64,000 bases of DNA, from positions 1,120,001 to 1,184,000 of the forward strand of contig OZ253580.1 in the NCBI GenBank assembly GCA_965263035.1, given 5' to 3'. Made by a program: the position numbers and the translations under genes. Of the stretch, positions 31,210 through 40,370 are shown in pieces; position 1 is the stretch's first letter, and the number at the start of each line of letters is the position of its first letter. The notes beneath the pieces are model-generated. The model was not told the origin of the DNA. It worked only from the letters and a program-made list of their open reading frames with translations, and ran no database searches. This stretch comes from Acidobacteriota bacterium. GTDB taxonomy: Bacteria > Acidobacteriota > UBA6911 > RPQK01 > JAJDTT01.

Positions 31210-31839
31210 ATCGGGTCGAGTGCAGGGGATTGCGCCCCTGCACCCTCCCACACCACCGGACGTACCGTTTTCAGTATCCGGCGGTTGGAGTCACTCGAGG
31301 CTCTTTCGAGCCTCGTAAAGGGCCTTTCTTTCCGGTTTTCGCCGCCGCTGGGACTTGATCTCCGCCCTTCCGGCTTGACGGGTTCCACCCTTGGGCCTTC
31401 CGTGCCGGGTCCGAGGGGCCTCCCCCCGCCCCGTTTCCGGAGGTAGTTGCGATCCCGCTGACGAGTCCACCATAGGGCCAGTCCGACTCCTTCGGTCCTT
31501 CGCTCCACCGGCATTATCCGGCTTCTTCGCTACTATGACCTCTGCTGACTTCTCAAAGGCTCTCACCCTTGAGATCTCCCCGAGTAAGGTGCTGCATCTT
31601 TCCCCCCGGGCCGCCCGGCTCTACCTGGTACGTCTGGATGGGGTTCGGGTTTCGCTGTTGCTCGCCAGCTCACCGCCCGCACCCGGCCTCGCTGCCGGTT
31701 CGTGTTCCTGCGGTCGTGGGTTTGCCTTCCGCTTCCTTCAGCTTCACCTCGCGGCTACGCCTTGCGGTTCGGCTAGGGTTGGTCCCATCACCTCCCTTGG
31801 GATCTTTCATCCCTTAGATACAGCCCATGTCGGGCGCAC
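31210..31839 (-). ncRNA. Group II intron, class IIC, ORF-less (630 nt)
   Basis: 5' GTGCGCCCGACATGG; IIC-type domain V ACCGCCGGATACTGAAAACGGTACGTCCGGTGGT (31285-31252); domain VI hairpin ending ACCCGAT; inserted 3 nt after a hairpin. Confidence 0.92.
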
Positions 31840-31907
31840 GAGCGGGGGTTTGCAACCCCCGATTCCGGGTCGGTGTTGAAGAGGGGGACAAGAATGTCCC
31901 CTCCCAC
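31840..31907. repeat. REP/REPIN-like inverted pair (one arm split by the intron)
   Basis: GTGG(31206-31209)+GAG-CGGGGGTTTGCAACCCCCG ... AGGGGGACAAGAATGTCCCCT-CCCAC; GTGGGAG/CTCCCAC ends are restored when the intron is removed. Confidence 0.75.
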
Positions 31908-31945
31908 CCCCCTCCCAGAGTGCCCCTATGCTTTTCCAAGAAGCA

Positions 31946-33370
31946 TCAAAGCAGCGATCGGGCCTCGGCCAATACCTTGCCGGCCAACTCTGCCTGGCGC
32001 CGGGTGTCGAAGGGTCCGGGTCCTGATTCGAACACTCGAGTCCGTCCTCCGCCGCCCGGTCTCCAACGGCGTGCGAAGAGGGGGGTGGCATGTCCGCCGA
32101 AGATGGTGATCAGATCCAGGTTCAGGGCACCGGCCAGATGCTGACCCAGCGAGTCGTAACCGACGTAGATCCGGCACTGCCGCAGAAGCGCCCCGAACTC
32201 CGCGACCGGCCCCTGAAACAAAACCAGCCGGACGGGCGATGAGCCCGAGTCATCTTGCAGAAGTCGCCCCCCCACGATTCGGGCCGTACTCAAGCCCCGC
32301 TCCCGAGTGTCGAAGTAGAGCTGCCGGGCCCGCTCCAACTCATCCGCGCCCAAGCCGGCATCCAGCACCAGCGTCGCCCCCCGATCCAGCAAGCCTGTCA
32401 CCAATAGACGCTCAAAATCGGAGACCGTTTCCCGATCCCGATGAATTCTCTTGTCCGGATTGCCTCCGACTCCCAGATTCATGCCCACCAGAACCGGCTC
32501 CCGGCCCAGGTTCAGGGGGGGCAGCATCTCCTTCGCCCAACCCCGGACCGAATCCGCGAGATGCAGGGACGGACCCTGAAGCGGATTCCGAGGGTGGGTC
32601 CGGAACATCTCACCAAGCCAACGGTTCAGATCCTCCAACTGGCTGCGTTCCTTCGTCTCTCTCCCTGAAACCGACGGATCCCAACCGCAGTAGCTCCTCG
32701 CCTCCCGGCCCGCGGGAACCAGCGGCAGGAGTCCGCTCTGGAGAAACCGGGAATCGGGATTGATGACGACGAAGTCGCCGCCGGCCACCAGACCAAGGGT
32801 CTCTTCGCGGACGGCATCCACCAGATCCACCCAGGTCAACAAGCGTTCCAACAGGGAGCCACGGCGCGGATAGGAGAGCTCGCGGGTCCGGAAGCGGGGC
32901 GAGTCCCCGGCGATCAGGGCGGCGTTCTTCCGGCTGCCCAGGAACACGACCTCGGCATCGGGAAAGGCGGCCAGGCAGGTGCGGACGATGACGCCGGTGA
33001 GCAGGACGTCGGCACCCAGGGTCACCCGGGAGGGGACCAGCACCCGCCCCACTTGGCGGGGGAGGGCCCGAATCCCGCTCCGGTTCAGCCTCTGAACCCG
33101 GGTCAGGAGCGCGTCTTCATCGTCCAGCCCCATCCGGTGGAGCCTCTGATGGAACGAGAGGGCCTCCGGGAGCCGCCGGACCCGGGTGACGATTCGGGCC
33201 ATCAGCCGCTGCTGCAGCCCTCGGTCCGGCGCCAGGAACGAGTCTCCCAAGGGTTCGATCAGATTTTGGAACAGGCGTTGAGTCCCAGTCCGGGCTCGAT
33301 CGGGGTCTGGCGAGAGGGCCGGACTCAGACCAGTGTTCAAGATTTCCCAACCCGGAAATCGTGGGGACAT
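31946..33370 (-). CDS. Glycosyltransferase family 9 (heptosyltransferase-like) protein
   Basis: SRVTLGADV, YVGYDSLGQHLAGAL, WRP motifs. Confidence 0.65.
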   Translation of the reverse strand: MSPRFPGWEILNTGLSPALSPDPDRARTGTQRLFQNLIEPLGDSFLAPDRGLQQRLMARIVTRVRRLPEALSFHQRLHRMGLDDEDALLTRVQRLNRSGIRALPRQVGRVLVPSRVTLGADVLLTGVIVRTCLAAFPDAEVVFLGSRKNAALIAGDSPRFRTRELSYPRRGSLLERLLTWVDLVDAVREETLGLVAGGDFVVINPDSRFLQSGLLPLVPAGREARSYCGWDPSVSGRETKERSQLEDLNRWLGEMFRTHPRNPLQGPSLHLADSVRGWAKEMLPPLNLGREPVLVGMNLGVGGNPDKRIHRDRETVSDFERLLVTGLLDRGATLVLDAGLGADELERARQLYFDTRERGLSTARIVGGRLLQDDSGSSPVRLVLFQGPVAEFGALLRQCRIYVGYDSLGQHLAGALNLDLITIFGGHATPLFARRWRPGGGGRTRVFESGPGPFDTRRQAELAGKVLAEARSLL

Positions 33371-33376
33371 TGTCGT

Positions 33377-36300
33377 TCAGTTCCGGGGGCTGCCACCCTT
33401 CACCGGAGCGGGGATCAGGGTCGGGCGTTCCACTTCCTGTACGGGACGGCGCCCCAGGAGCCATCGGGCAGCTCGTCCCAGATCCTCCAGAATCATGTAG
33501 GTGCACGGCACCAGAATCAGGATGACCGGAGTCGAGAATACGACGCCGAACGCCAGGGAAACAGCCATGGGGATGAGGAACTGGGCCTGCAGACTCGTTT
33601 CCAGGAGCAATGGAGTCAGGCCGGCGAAAGTGGTCAGGGAGGTGAGGAAGATGGGCCGGAACCGAGCCGCCCCAGCTGTCAGGATCGACTCTCGGAGCGG
33701 GACTCCGGCACGCTGTTTCCGGTTGACGTAGTCGACCAGGATCAGACTGTCGTTCACGACCACGCCCGCCAGGGCAACGATGCCGAACACGGACAGGATG
33801 CTCAGGTCCATTCCCAGGATCCTGTGGCCCAGAAAGGCGCCCACCAACCCGAAGGGAATCGCGCTCATGATGATCAGCGGCTGGAAGTAGGAGCGGAGAG
33901 GAATGGCCAACAATGCAAAGATGGCAGCCAGGGCCATGCCGAAACCTTGCAGGAGTCCGCTTACCGTCTCGCTCTGCTGCTCCTGCTCGCCCTCCAACGA
34001 ATAGCTCAGGCCCGGAAACTGCTGCAACAGCGAGGGAAGGTAGTCCGCCTCCAACTCCGCCAGAATTTCGTTGGAGTTGGCCCGTTGAGTGTCCACCTCC
34101 GCGGTCACGCTGATGGAGCGATTCCGGTCCACCCGGCGGATGGATGCGAAGCCACGGCTCAGTTCGGAATCGGCCACCACTGAAAAGGGAACCTCATCGC
34201 CGTCCGGGGTCCGGATCCGCATCCCCTCCATCTGCCCCAGGGAACGGCGTCGATCCGAGGGATACCGGACCATGATCTTGACCTCGTCCCGGCCCCGCTG
34301 AATCCGCTGGACCTCCTCCCCGTAGAAGGCTTGTCGGATCTGTCTTGCCAAGTCCTCTTGCGTCAGACCCAGCGACTCGGCGTCCGGATGAATCTTGAGC
34401 TTGATCTCCTGCTTACCGGCCCGGAAGGAATCGGCGATGTCGTAGACCCCCGCGTATTCGTTCAATTTCAGCTTGAACTTGTGCGCGGCCTCCTGCAGTC
34501 GGTTCAGGTCGGGACCGGAGAACTGAACATTGATGGGAGCTCCCGCGGCGAAGAGTGAGGCCGAGAAGCTGAGTTCCACGGCATCTGGGATGGTTCCCGT
34601 CAACTCCCGCCAGCGGTTGCCTATCTCGGTGCTGCTGAAGAGTCTGCCGTCTTGTGCCAGGGGCCGTTCTTCGGATGGCGCCAGTTCAATGTTCACCTCT
34701 CCCAGGTGGGCGCCGGTGAATCGGGACACGCCTCCGTTGTGTCGATTCTGAATGACGCGGGTGGGTTGATCCCCCACTGACGTGAGCACATGACGGAACA
34801 CGCTGGCCGAGCCGTCCCCCTGGCTGGACGAGTCGATCTCCTCCCGGAGCACCGAGGCGGCTCGCTCCACTTTCTCCATCACGCGGGCGGTGGTCTCGGC
34901 CGGTGTGCCCTGAGGCATGGTCAGAAAGGCCATCACGTTGTCCGCCTCCACCGGAGGGAAGAAATTGAACTTGATTCTTCCGCCCAGAATCATGCCGACG
35001 ACCAGCACCAAGATGGAGACTCCCAGGGCCGCCGTCAGGTAACGCCACTCGACGGCCACGCGCAGGAGGGGTTCGTAGACCCGCTTGACGAATCCTTTGA
35101 GCAGTCCTGAGATCAGGTCCTGAAGGCGGTTCCACAACCCGAACAATCCCCGTTTCCGCAGACTTTCGGAGCGTCTCAGGTGGGAGAGGTGATAGGGCAG
35201 GATGAGCAGGGACTCGACCAGCGAAAAGACCAGTGTGGGCAGGACCACCAGGGGAATGACCCGCATGATCTTCCCGGTGGGGCCTTCGATCATCAGCAGT
35301 GGGGAGAAGGCGGCCACCGTGGTCGCCACCGCAAAAAACACGGGAACCATCATCTCCTGTGTCCCGTCGATGACCGCCTGCAGCTTGGGCTTCCCCTGCT
35401 CGTATTGGGAAAAGATGTTCTCGCCGACGACAATGGCGTCGTCCACCACAATTCCCAGTACGACGATGAAGGCGAACAGGGAGATCAGGTTGATGGAGAC
35501 GTCCAGGTGGGGCAAAACCATGAGGCAGCCCAGAAACGAAATGGGAATGCCCAGGCTGACCCAGAATGCCAGGCCGACTCTCAGAAACAACGTCAGAGTC
35601 AGAACGACCAGCGCCAACCCCGCCAAGCCGTTCTTGATCAGCAGGTCGAGCCGGCTCCGCAGGATGCGGGAGTCGTCCTTCCACGTGGTCAGCGTCAGGC
35701 CTTCCGGCAACTGCAACTGTTTCTGCCTGACGTACTCGCGAACGGCGGCGGCAATCTCCAGAGCGCTCTGCCTCCCGACTCGGAAGACCTGGACCAGGAT
35801 GGCCGGCCGGCCGTCGAACCGGGCCGATTGATCGGTCTCGGCGAACCCGTCCACCACCCGGGCCACGTCTCCCAGCAGGACCCGGGTGCCGTCCCGTCCG
35901 GAGAGAAGCGTCAGTTCCTGGAAATCCTCTCCCACGTAGGCCTGACTATTGGTTCTCAGCAGGATCTCGCCCGCCTGAGTCTTCACCGAGCCCCCAGGGA
36001 GGTCCAGGGAAGATCGGCGGACCGCCCGGGCCACCTGATCGAAGGAAAGGCTGTGGCGGAGCAGGGCTTCCTCCGAGACCTCGATGGAGACTTCATAAGG
36101 GCGGGCGCTGGACAACTCGGCCTGGGTGATCCCGGGCAGGGAGGCGACCTCGTCCCGAACCTGCTCGGCGACCCGCTTGAGGGTCCGCTCGTCCGCCTGT
36201 CCCGAGACGGCTATGTTGATGACCTGATTGCGGACGATGGCCTCCTGGATGACCGGCTGCTCGGCCTCCTCCGGAAAGGTGCTGATGGCGTCCACCCGGG

Positions 36301-36631
36301 CCTTGACCTCGTCCAGGAGTTCACGGATGTCGGTCCCCTCCAGCAGTTCCACGTTCACGATGCCCATGGCCTCGGAGGCCGTCGACGTGATCCGCTTCAC
36401 TCCGGGAAGGCTTTGAACGGCCTCCTCGATCCGGATGCAGATTCCCTGTTCGACCTCTTCGGGTGCGGCGCCCGGATAGAGAACCGACACGCTGATCAGA
36501 TCCGTCGAGAACTCGGGGAAGACCTCCTTTCGAATCTCGGGGACGGAGAGGGTGCCGCCGACCAGGATCACGACCATCAGCAGGTTGGCCACGACCCCGT
36601 TGGACGCAAACCAGGAAACGAGTCCCTTCAT
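33377..36631 (-). CDS. RND efflux permease (AcrB/AcrD/AcrF family)
   Basis: YPGAAPEEVE, GIVVDDAIVVGEN, RFRPIFLTSLTT; 1084 aa. Confidence 0.96.
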   Translation of the reverse strand: MKGLVSWFASNGVVANLLMVVILVGGTLSVPEIRKEVFPEFSTDLISVSVLYPGAAPEEVEQGICIRIEEAVQSLPGVKRITSTASEAMGIVNVELLEGTDIRELLDEVKARVDAISTFPEEAEQPVIQEAIVRNQVINIAVSGQADERTLKRVAEQVRDEVASLPGITQAELSSARPYEVSIEVSEEALLRHSLSFDQVARAVRRSSLDLPGGSVKTQAGEILLRTNSQAYVGEDFQELTLLSGRDGTRVLLGDVARVVDGFAETDQSARFDGRPAILVQVFRVGRQSALEIAAAVREYVRQKQLQLPEGLTLTTWKDDSRILRSRLDLLIKNGLAGLALVVLTLTLFLRVGLAFWVSLGIPISFLGCLMVLPHLDVSINLISLFAFIVVLGIVVDDAIVVGENIFSQYEQGKPKLQAVIDGTQEMMVPVFFAVATTVAAFSPLLMIEGPTGKIMRVIPLVVLPTLVFSLVESLLILPYHLSHLRRSESLRKRGLFGLWNRLQDLISGLLKGFVKRVYEPLLRVAVEWRYLTAALGVSILVLVVGMILGGRIKFNFFPPVEADNVMAFLTMPQGTPAETTARVMEKVERAASVLREEIDSSSQGDGSASVFRHVLTSVGDQPTRVIQNRHNGGVSRFTGAHLGEVNIELAPSEERPLAQDGRLFSSTEIGNRWRELTGTIPDAVELSFSASLFAAGAPINVQFSGPDLNRLQEAAHKFKLKLNEYAGVYDIADSFRAGKQEIKLKIHPDAESLGLTQEDLARQIRQAFYGEEVQRIQRGRDEVKIMVRYPSDRRRSLGQMEGMRIRTPDGDEVPFSVVADSELSRGFASIRRVDRNRSISVTAEVDTQRANSNEILAELEADYLPSLLQQFPGLSYSLEGEQEQQSETVSGLLQGFGMALAAIFALLAIPLRSYFQPLIIMSAIPFGLVGAFLGHRILGMDLSILSVFGIVALAGVVVNDSLILVDYVNRKQRAGVPLRESILTAGAARFRPIFLTSLTTFAGLTPLLLETSLQAQFLIPMAVSLAFGVVFSTPVILILVPCTYMILEDLGRAARWLLGRRPVQEVERPTLIPAPVKGGSPRN

Positions 36632-37043
36632 GGTGACACCTTGGGACTGAAATCAGCCTGAACTTGGACCCTCATTCCGTCGACGACATTGGCGGGGGAC
36701 ACCTGTTCTCCCTCCTTCGGAACCGAGTCGATGGCGACCCTTACCCGTTCTCACCGCACGGAACGTGAGCGGCGCAGCCGGAGAGTGGACTCCGAGCCCA
36801 CGAACGGACTCAAGAAAACGATTATCCAGGAAACCGAATCCCGGTTCCAGATCACGAACGACCTGGCAACTAGTGTTTCCGAAACAGATTCGTCGCGTCA
36901 AATTCGCCGACGCCGTAGCGCATGCTCGGGACCCGAAGCGAAGCGTGGACTGCCGATTGAGCTTCGATTTTTCTCGTCAACTGCTTGAGGACGCACCGAG
37001 AAATACAGGCTATGCCCGAACGGACAGCTGCACGCGTGCGCGC

Positions 37044-38096
37044 TCAGCCGGATTCCCGAGGATCGGGATAGAACTGTTTGCAATAGCGCCGATAGATCCC
37101 GATCTCGCCGTCGGATCGACACAGACTGGGGCGGGATCGGTACCGTTTCCGGCTCCAGATCGCCACATCCTGAAGCACGTCGCGCTTCTGCGCCCTTATA
37201 AGGATTTTGTTCATGATCTTGGCGCGCAACCGCAACGGAACAAACCGCAAACCGACGATCGGCCGTTTCGGTTTGCGGATCTCCCGCACCTGCCCGGCCA
37301 GCACCAGATCGATGAGCGTGCCGTCGACGGGCGTTGCGAGCACCCACAAACGTACATCCATGCCGATGGAGCGCTCGTGAACATCCACGAACGAGTATCC
37401 CAATCCAATCACGCGGGTGACAACTGAGAAGTCCAATAGGATCGCCCTGATCCCCGCGATGGTCTGAGTTCGCTTGAAGTCAAAACAACTCGTGAGGCAG
37501 GCGCCGTCCACGGTGACCGGTTCGACCCGGCTGACATTGCTGTAGCCGTGCACGTACCGCAGGTGCGCCAGGTCCACGGAGTTCTCGGTCGTTTCCTGAG
37601 GATGGCCGGGAAACCGGATGGTCCGAAACCTCAATCTGCTCCAGTCGGTGCCACCCGGCGGGTCCTCGGGAAGGCTCCATTGCGGTGGCCGTCCATTGAT
37701 TCCCCACCAGGCGAAGACCATGCCAAGGACCTCCCGCGTCTCGAATACCCGCAGCTTGGCGGCCCTGGGGGCCGGGGCAAAGGGAGTGGCAACGCATTGT
37801 CCGCTGACGTCGAACTCGTAGCCGTGAAACGGACAGACGAGACAACCGTCCCGCACCCGGCCTCCGGCGGCGGGCCCCAGATCGGCCCCCAAGTGCGGAC
37901 AAACCGCCTCCGCCACGCAGATGTGCCCTCCACCGCCGCACCAGGCGACGATTTCTTCGCCCATCCAGGTCTTCTGAATCAGCCTTTCCTGCAGAATGGA
38001 CTGACGGCTGGCAACGAAGTACCAACCCTCGGGAAACGGGGATAGCAAGGAGGAATTGTCCGGCTCGAGACATCTTGCTGGCATTTCCCACCGCAA
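37044..38096 (-). CDS. Rieske 2Fe-2S non-heme iron oxygenase (Neverland/KshA-like)
   Basis: CPHLGADL...CPFHG Rieske motif; ENSVDLAHLRYVH mononuclear Fe motif; QDVAIW..K; start uncertain. Confidence 0.88.
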   Translation of the reverse strand: MRWEMPARCLEPDNSSLLSPFPEGWYFVASRQSILQERLIQKTWMGEEIVAWCGGGGHICVAEAVCPHLGADLGPAAGGRVRDGCLVCPFHGYEFDVSGQCVATPFAPAPRAAKLRVFETREVLGMVFAWWGINGRPPQWSLPEDPPGGTDWSRLRFRTIRFPGHPQETTENSVDLAHLRYVHGYSNVSRVEPVTVDGACLTSCFDFKRTQTIAGIRAILLDFSVVTRVIGLGYSFVDVHERSIGMDVRLWVLATPVDGTLIDLVLAGQVREIRKPKRPIVGLRFVPLRLRAKIMNKILIRAQKRDVLQDVAIWSRKRYRSRPSLCRSDGEIGIYRRYCKQFYPDPRESG

Positions 38097-38520
38097 CGTT
38101 GTGTTCTGACGGCTGCGGTAACCTCCGAGCCAAGCGGCTGGCTTAAAAATACCGGAATACGGGTTTTTGATCGTATGCCGGGGTTCGAACAGAGGCGCAT
38201 CGCGAGATTATCCGTGACTGGAGTGAAACCCATGGCCGCGGCTTGGCGGTCACGCCACAAACGCGACTTCCCCTACCGGGGCCTTCGCCAGACGGGGCGC
38301 CAGACGGCGGGACAATGACGGCAGACGATTCTTGCCTCCCTGAAGCTGTCCCGAGGAGAGACGAAAGAGCGTCTCCGTTCTTTTTGTCGTCGACGATCCC
38401 ATCACTCCCTCGGCCTCGTGACACGTAACGCCTTTCTCGCCAAACTTCCAGTCGGGACCCCATCGTTTCACATCGGCCGGACCGGGAAACAAACCAGGCA
38501 GTCAAGCTTACGAATGCTAG

Positions 38521-38679
38521 GAGTCTGCGCGGTAGGAATGATCGTAGCGAGAAAGTGGGGAATCGAGGCCAGATTTTCTCGATGTGGAGGTGCATAGTTG
38601 TTCTATTCGCCGAGAAATCGGGGAAATATGGACCGATTCTACCGCTTTCGCAGTAGATCAATTTCTGCCGCGCAGGATC
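38521..38679 (-). mobile_element. MITE family A, copy 3
   Basis: Reverse-oriented copy flanked by CTAG (38517-38520, 38680-38683). Confidence 0.92.
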
Positions 38680-38840
38680 CTAGGATAAACCGTTTGTTTT
38701 AAAGGTTTTATGTCACAGGTCCATGCTTATCTCGATTCCTGGACACTATCAAGTTTGCCATCCGTCATTGGCGTAACGGCCCGCCAGCGTGGCTGGGGAT
38801 CCCCTCCACGAAACGACCGGAAAAACCGCGGGATGCAGCC

Positions 38841-39146
38841 ATGAGATCACGCCGGCAAGCCGTGTCGGCGTTGCCATTGCCATTTGTCGCCGGCCACCTT
38901 GCTACGAATTGTTTGCCGATGCGAATCCATCCGGTTTCCGAATCGATCCCCCGATCACCCGAAAACTTCACTGGCGACGCCGCTTTCAGCCGCTGTGTGC
39001 CGGCGGCGGCGTGGAGGAATTTGAACCTCCCGGCACCCGACCGGGTCCTGGGAGGCTTGTGGACCCTCCTCGAGCCGGTCGCTTTTCCAACCGGCGGCTC
39101 CGCCCGTGCGGCGAACCTCCGAGCCGCGTCAATATCTACCGAGTAG
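38841..39146 (+). pseudogene. Possible remnant of an outer-membrane efflux factor (OMF) gene
   Basis: Sits directly before the MFP; PENF...AWRNL..PAPDRVL resembles an OMF N-terminus and is joined to LGGLW, resembling the OMF C-terminal ALGGxW. Confidence 0.35.
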
Positions 39147-40370
39147 ATCACCAGGGGCAAGATAGCAGGCTACTTGGTTGCGGTTGTCATCCTTGCCGGT
39201 TCCGGTGCCCTGGCCTATTACCTGGTGTCGCTGGCACCCGAACCGGAGCGCAGTGAGCCGCCTCCCCAAATCCCGTTCGTACAGACCGGCCGGGTTGCGG
39301 CCGGCTCCGGCGCCATACCCGTGTACGGAGCCGGCACGGTGCGGTCCAGCGCGGAAGTCGACATTGCTCCGCTCGTCAGCGGCCGGGTCGTCTGGATGGA
39401 TCCGGGATTCCAGAGCGGCGGGCGGATCGCGTCGGGTCAACCGATCTTGCGCATCGATAACGCCGACTAATTGCAACGCTTGCGGGAGGCTGAGGCCGAT
39501 CTCGAAGCCCGTCGGGTAGCCCTCTCTGTGGCCCAGGAACAAGGGGCGTTCCCCCGCACTGAATTCGAGGAGTACTCCCGCCAGCAACTCGAGGCGGGAG
39601 CTCCCGTAGGCGAACCGGATCCCTTGGCTCTACGGGCACCGGAGATCAAGGCGGCTCGAGCCGCGCTGCACCGCGCCGAGGTCCAGATTGCCGGCGCCAA
39701 GCTGGCACTGTCCCGAACCGAACTGCGGGCGCCGTTTGACGGCTACGTGCGCGACGAGTCGGTGGATGCGGGACAGTTTCTGGCTGCTGGTCAGACCGTC
39801 GGGCGGCTGCTCGCCGCCGACGCCGTCGAGGTGGTCGTTCCCCTGTCCGACGCCAACGCCGCAATGATCCCAGGGCTTTGGAAACTTCGTGCGGGGGACG
39901 CCGAACGGCGCGTGACCGCCCGCGTGACCGCCAAATTCGACGACGACAGCTATGCCTGGAAGGGCTACGTCGACCGGGCTGAAATCTCAGTCGACGAGCA
40001 GACGCGAACCATTGACGCGATCGTACGCGTGCCCAACCCCTTTTCCGCGGGTGTTCCGGCGAACGGGTCCGGCGGTCTCGGCGGCGTAACCCCGCTCTTG
40101 ATAGGCAAGTTCGTGGAAGTAGAGATCCAGGGTCTTGCACCTGAGAGCTATTTCCGGATACCGCGGCCGGCACTGCGACCCGGCAACGAGGTGTGGACGG
40201 CAGGCAAAGACCAAAAGGTGAGTATTGTCCCGGTGCGTGTCCTGCAGCGGATCAACGATGAGGCCTTCGTAATGGGTGCTCTCGAAGACGGGCAGTTGGT
40301 GATCACCGGCGGTATCCAGTTCGTCACTGAAGACATGGTTGTACGGACCGGGAACGGCGTAATGCGATGA
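39147..40370 (+). pseudogene. RND membrane-fusion protein with an internal stop
   Basis: Two in-frame ORFs (39174-39470, 39471-40370) separated by TAA in ...IDNAD*LQR; RTELRAPFDG, VDEQTRT motifs; TAG at 39144 just upstream and no clear ATG start. Confidence 0.85.

Noticed and set aside
31165-31251. Idea that the intron interrupts the GMC coding sequence
   Set aside because: The N-terminal extension is intron domain VI read in frame; plausible starts (31164/31182) lie downstream of the 3' splice site
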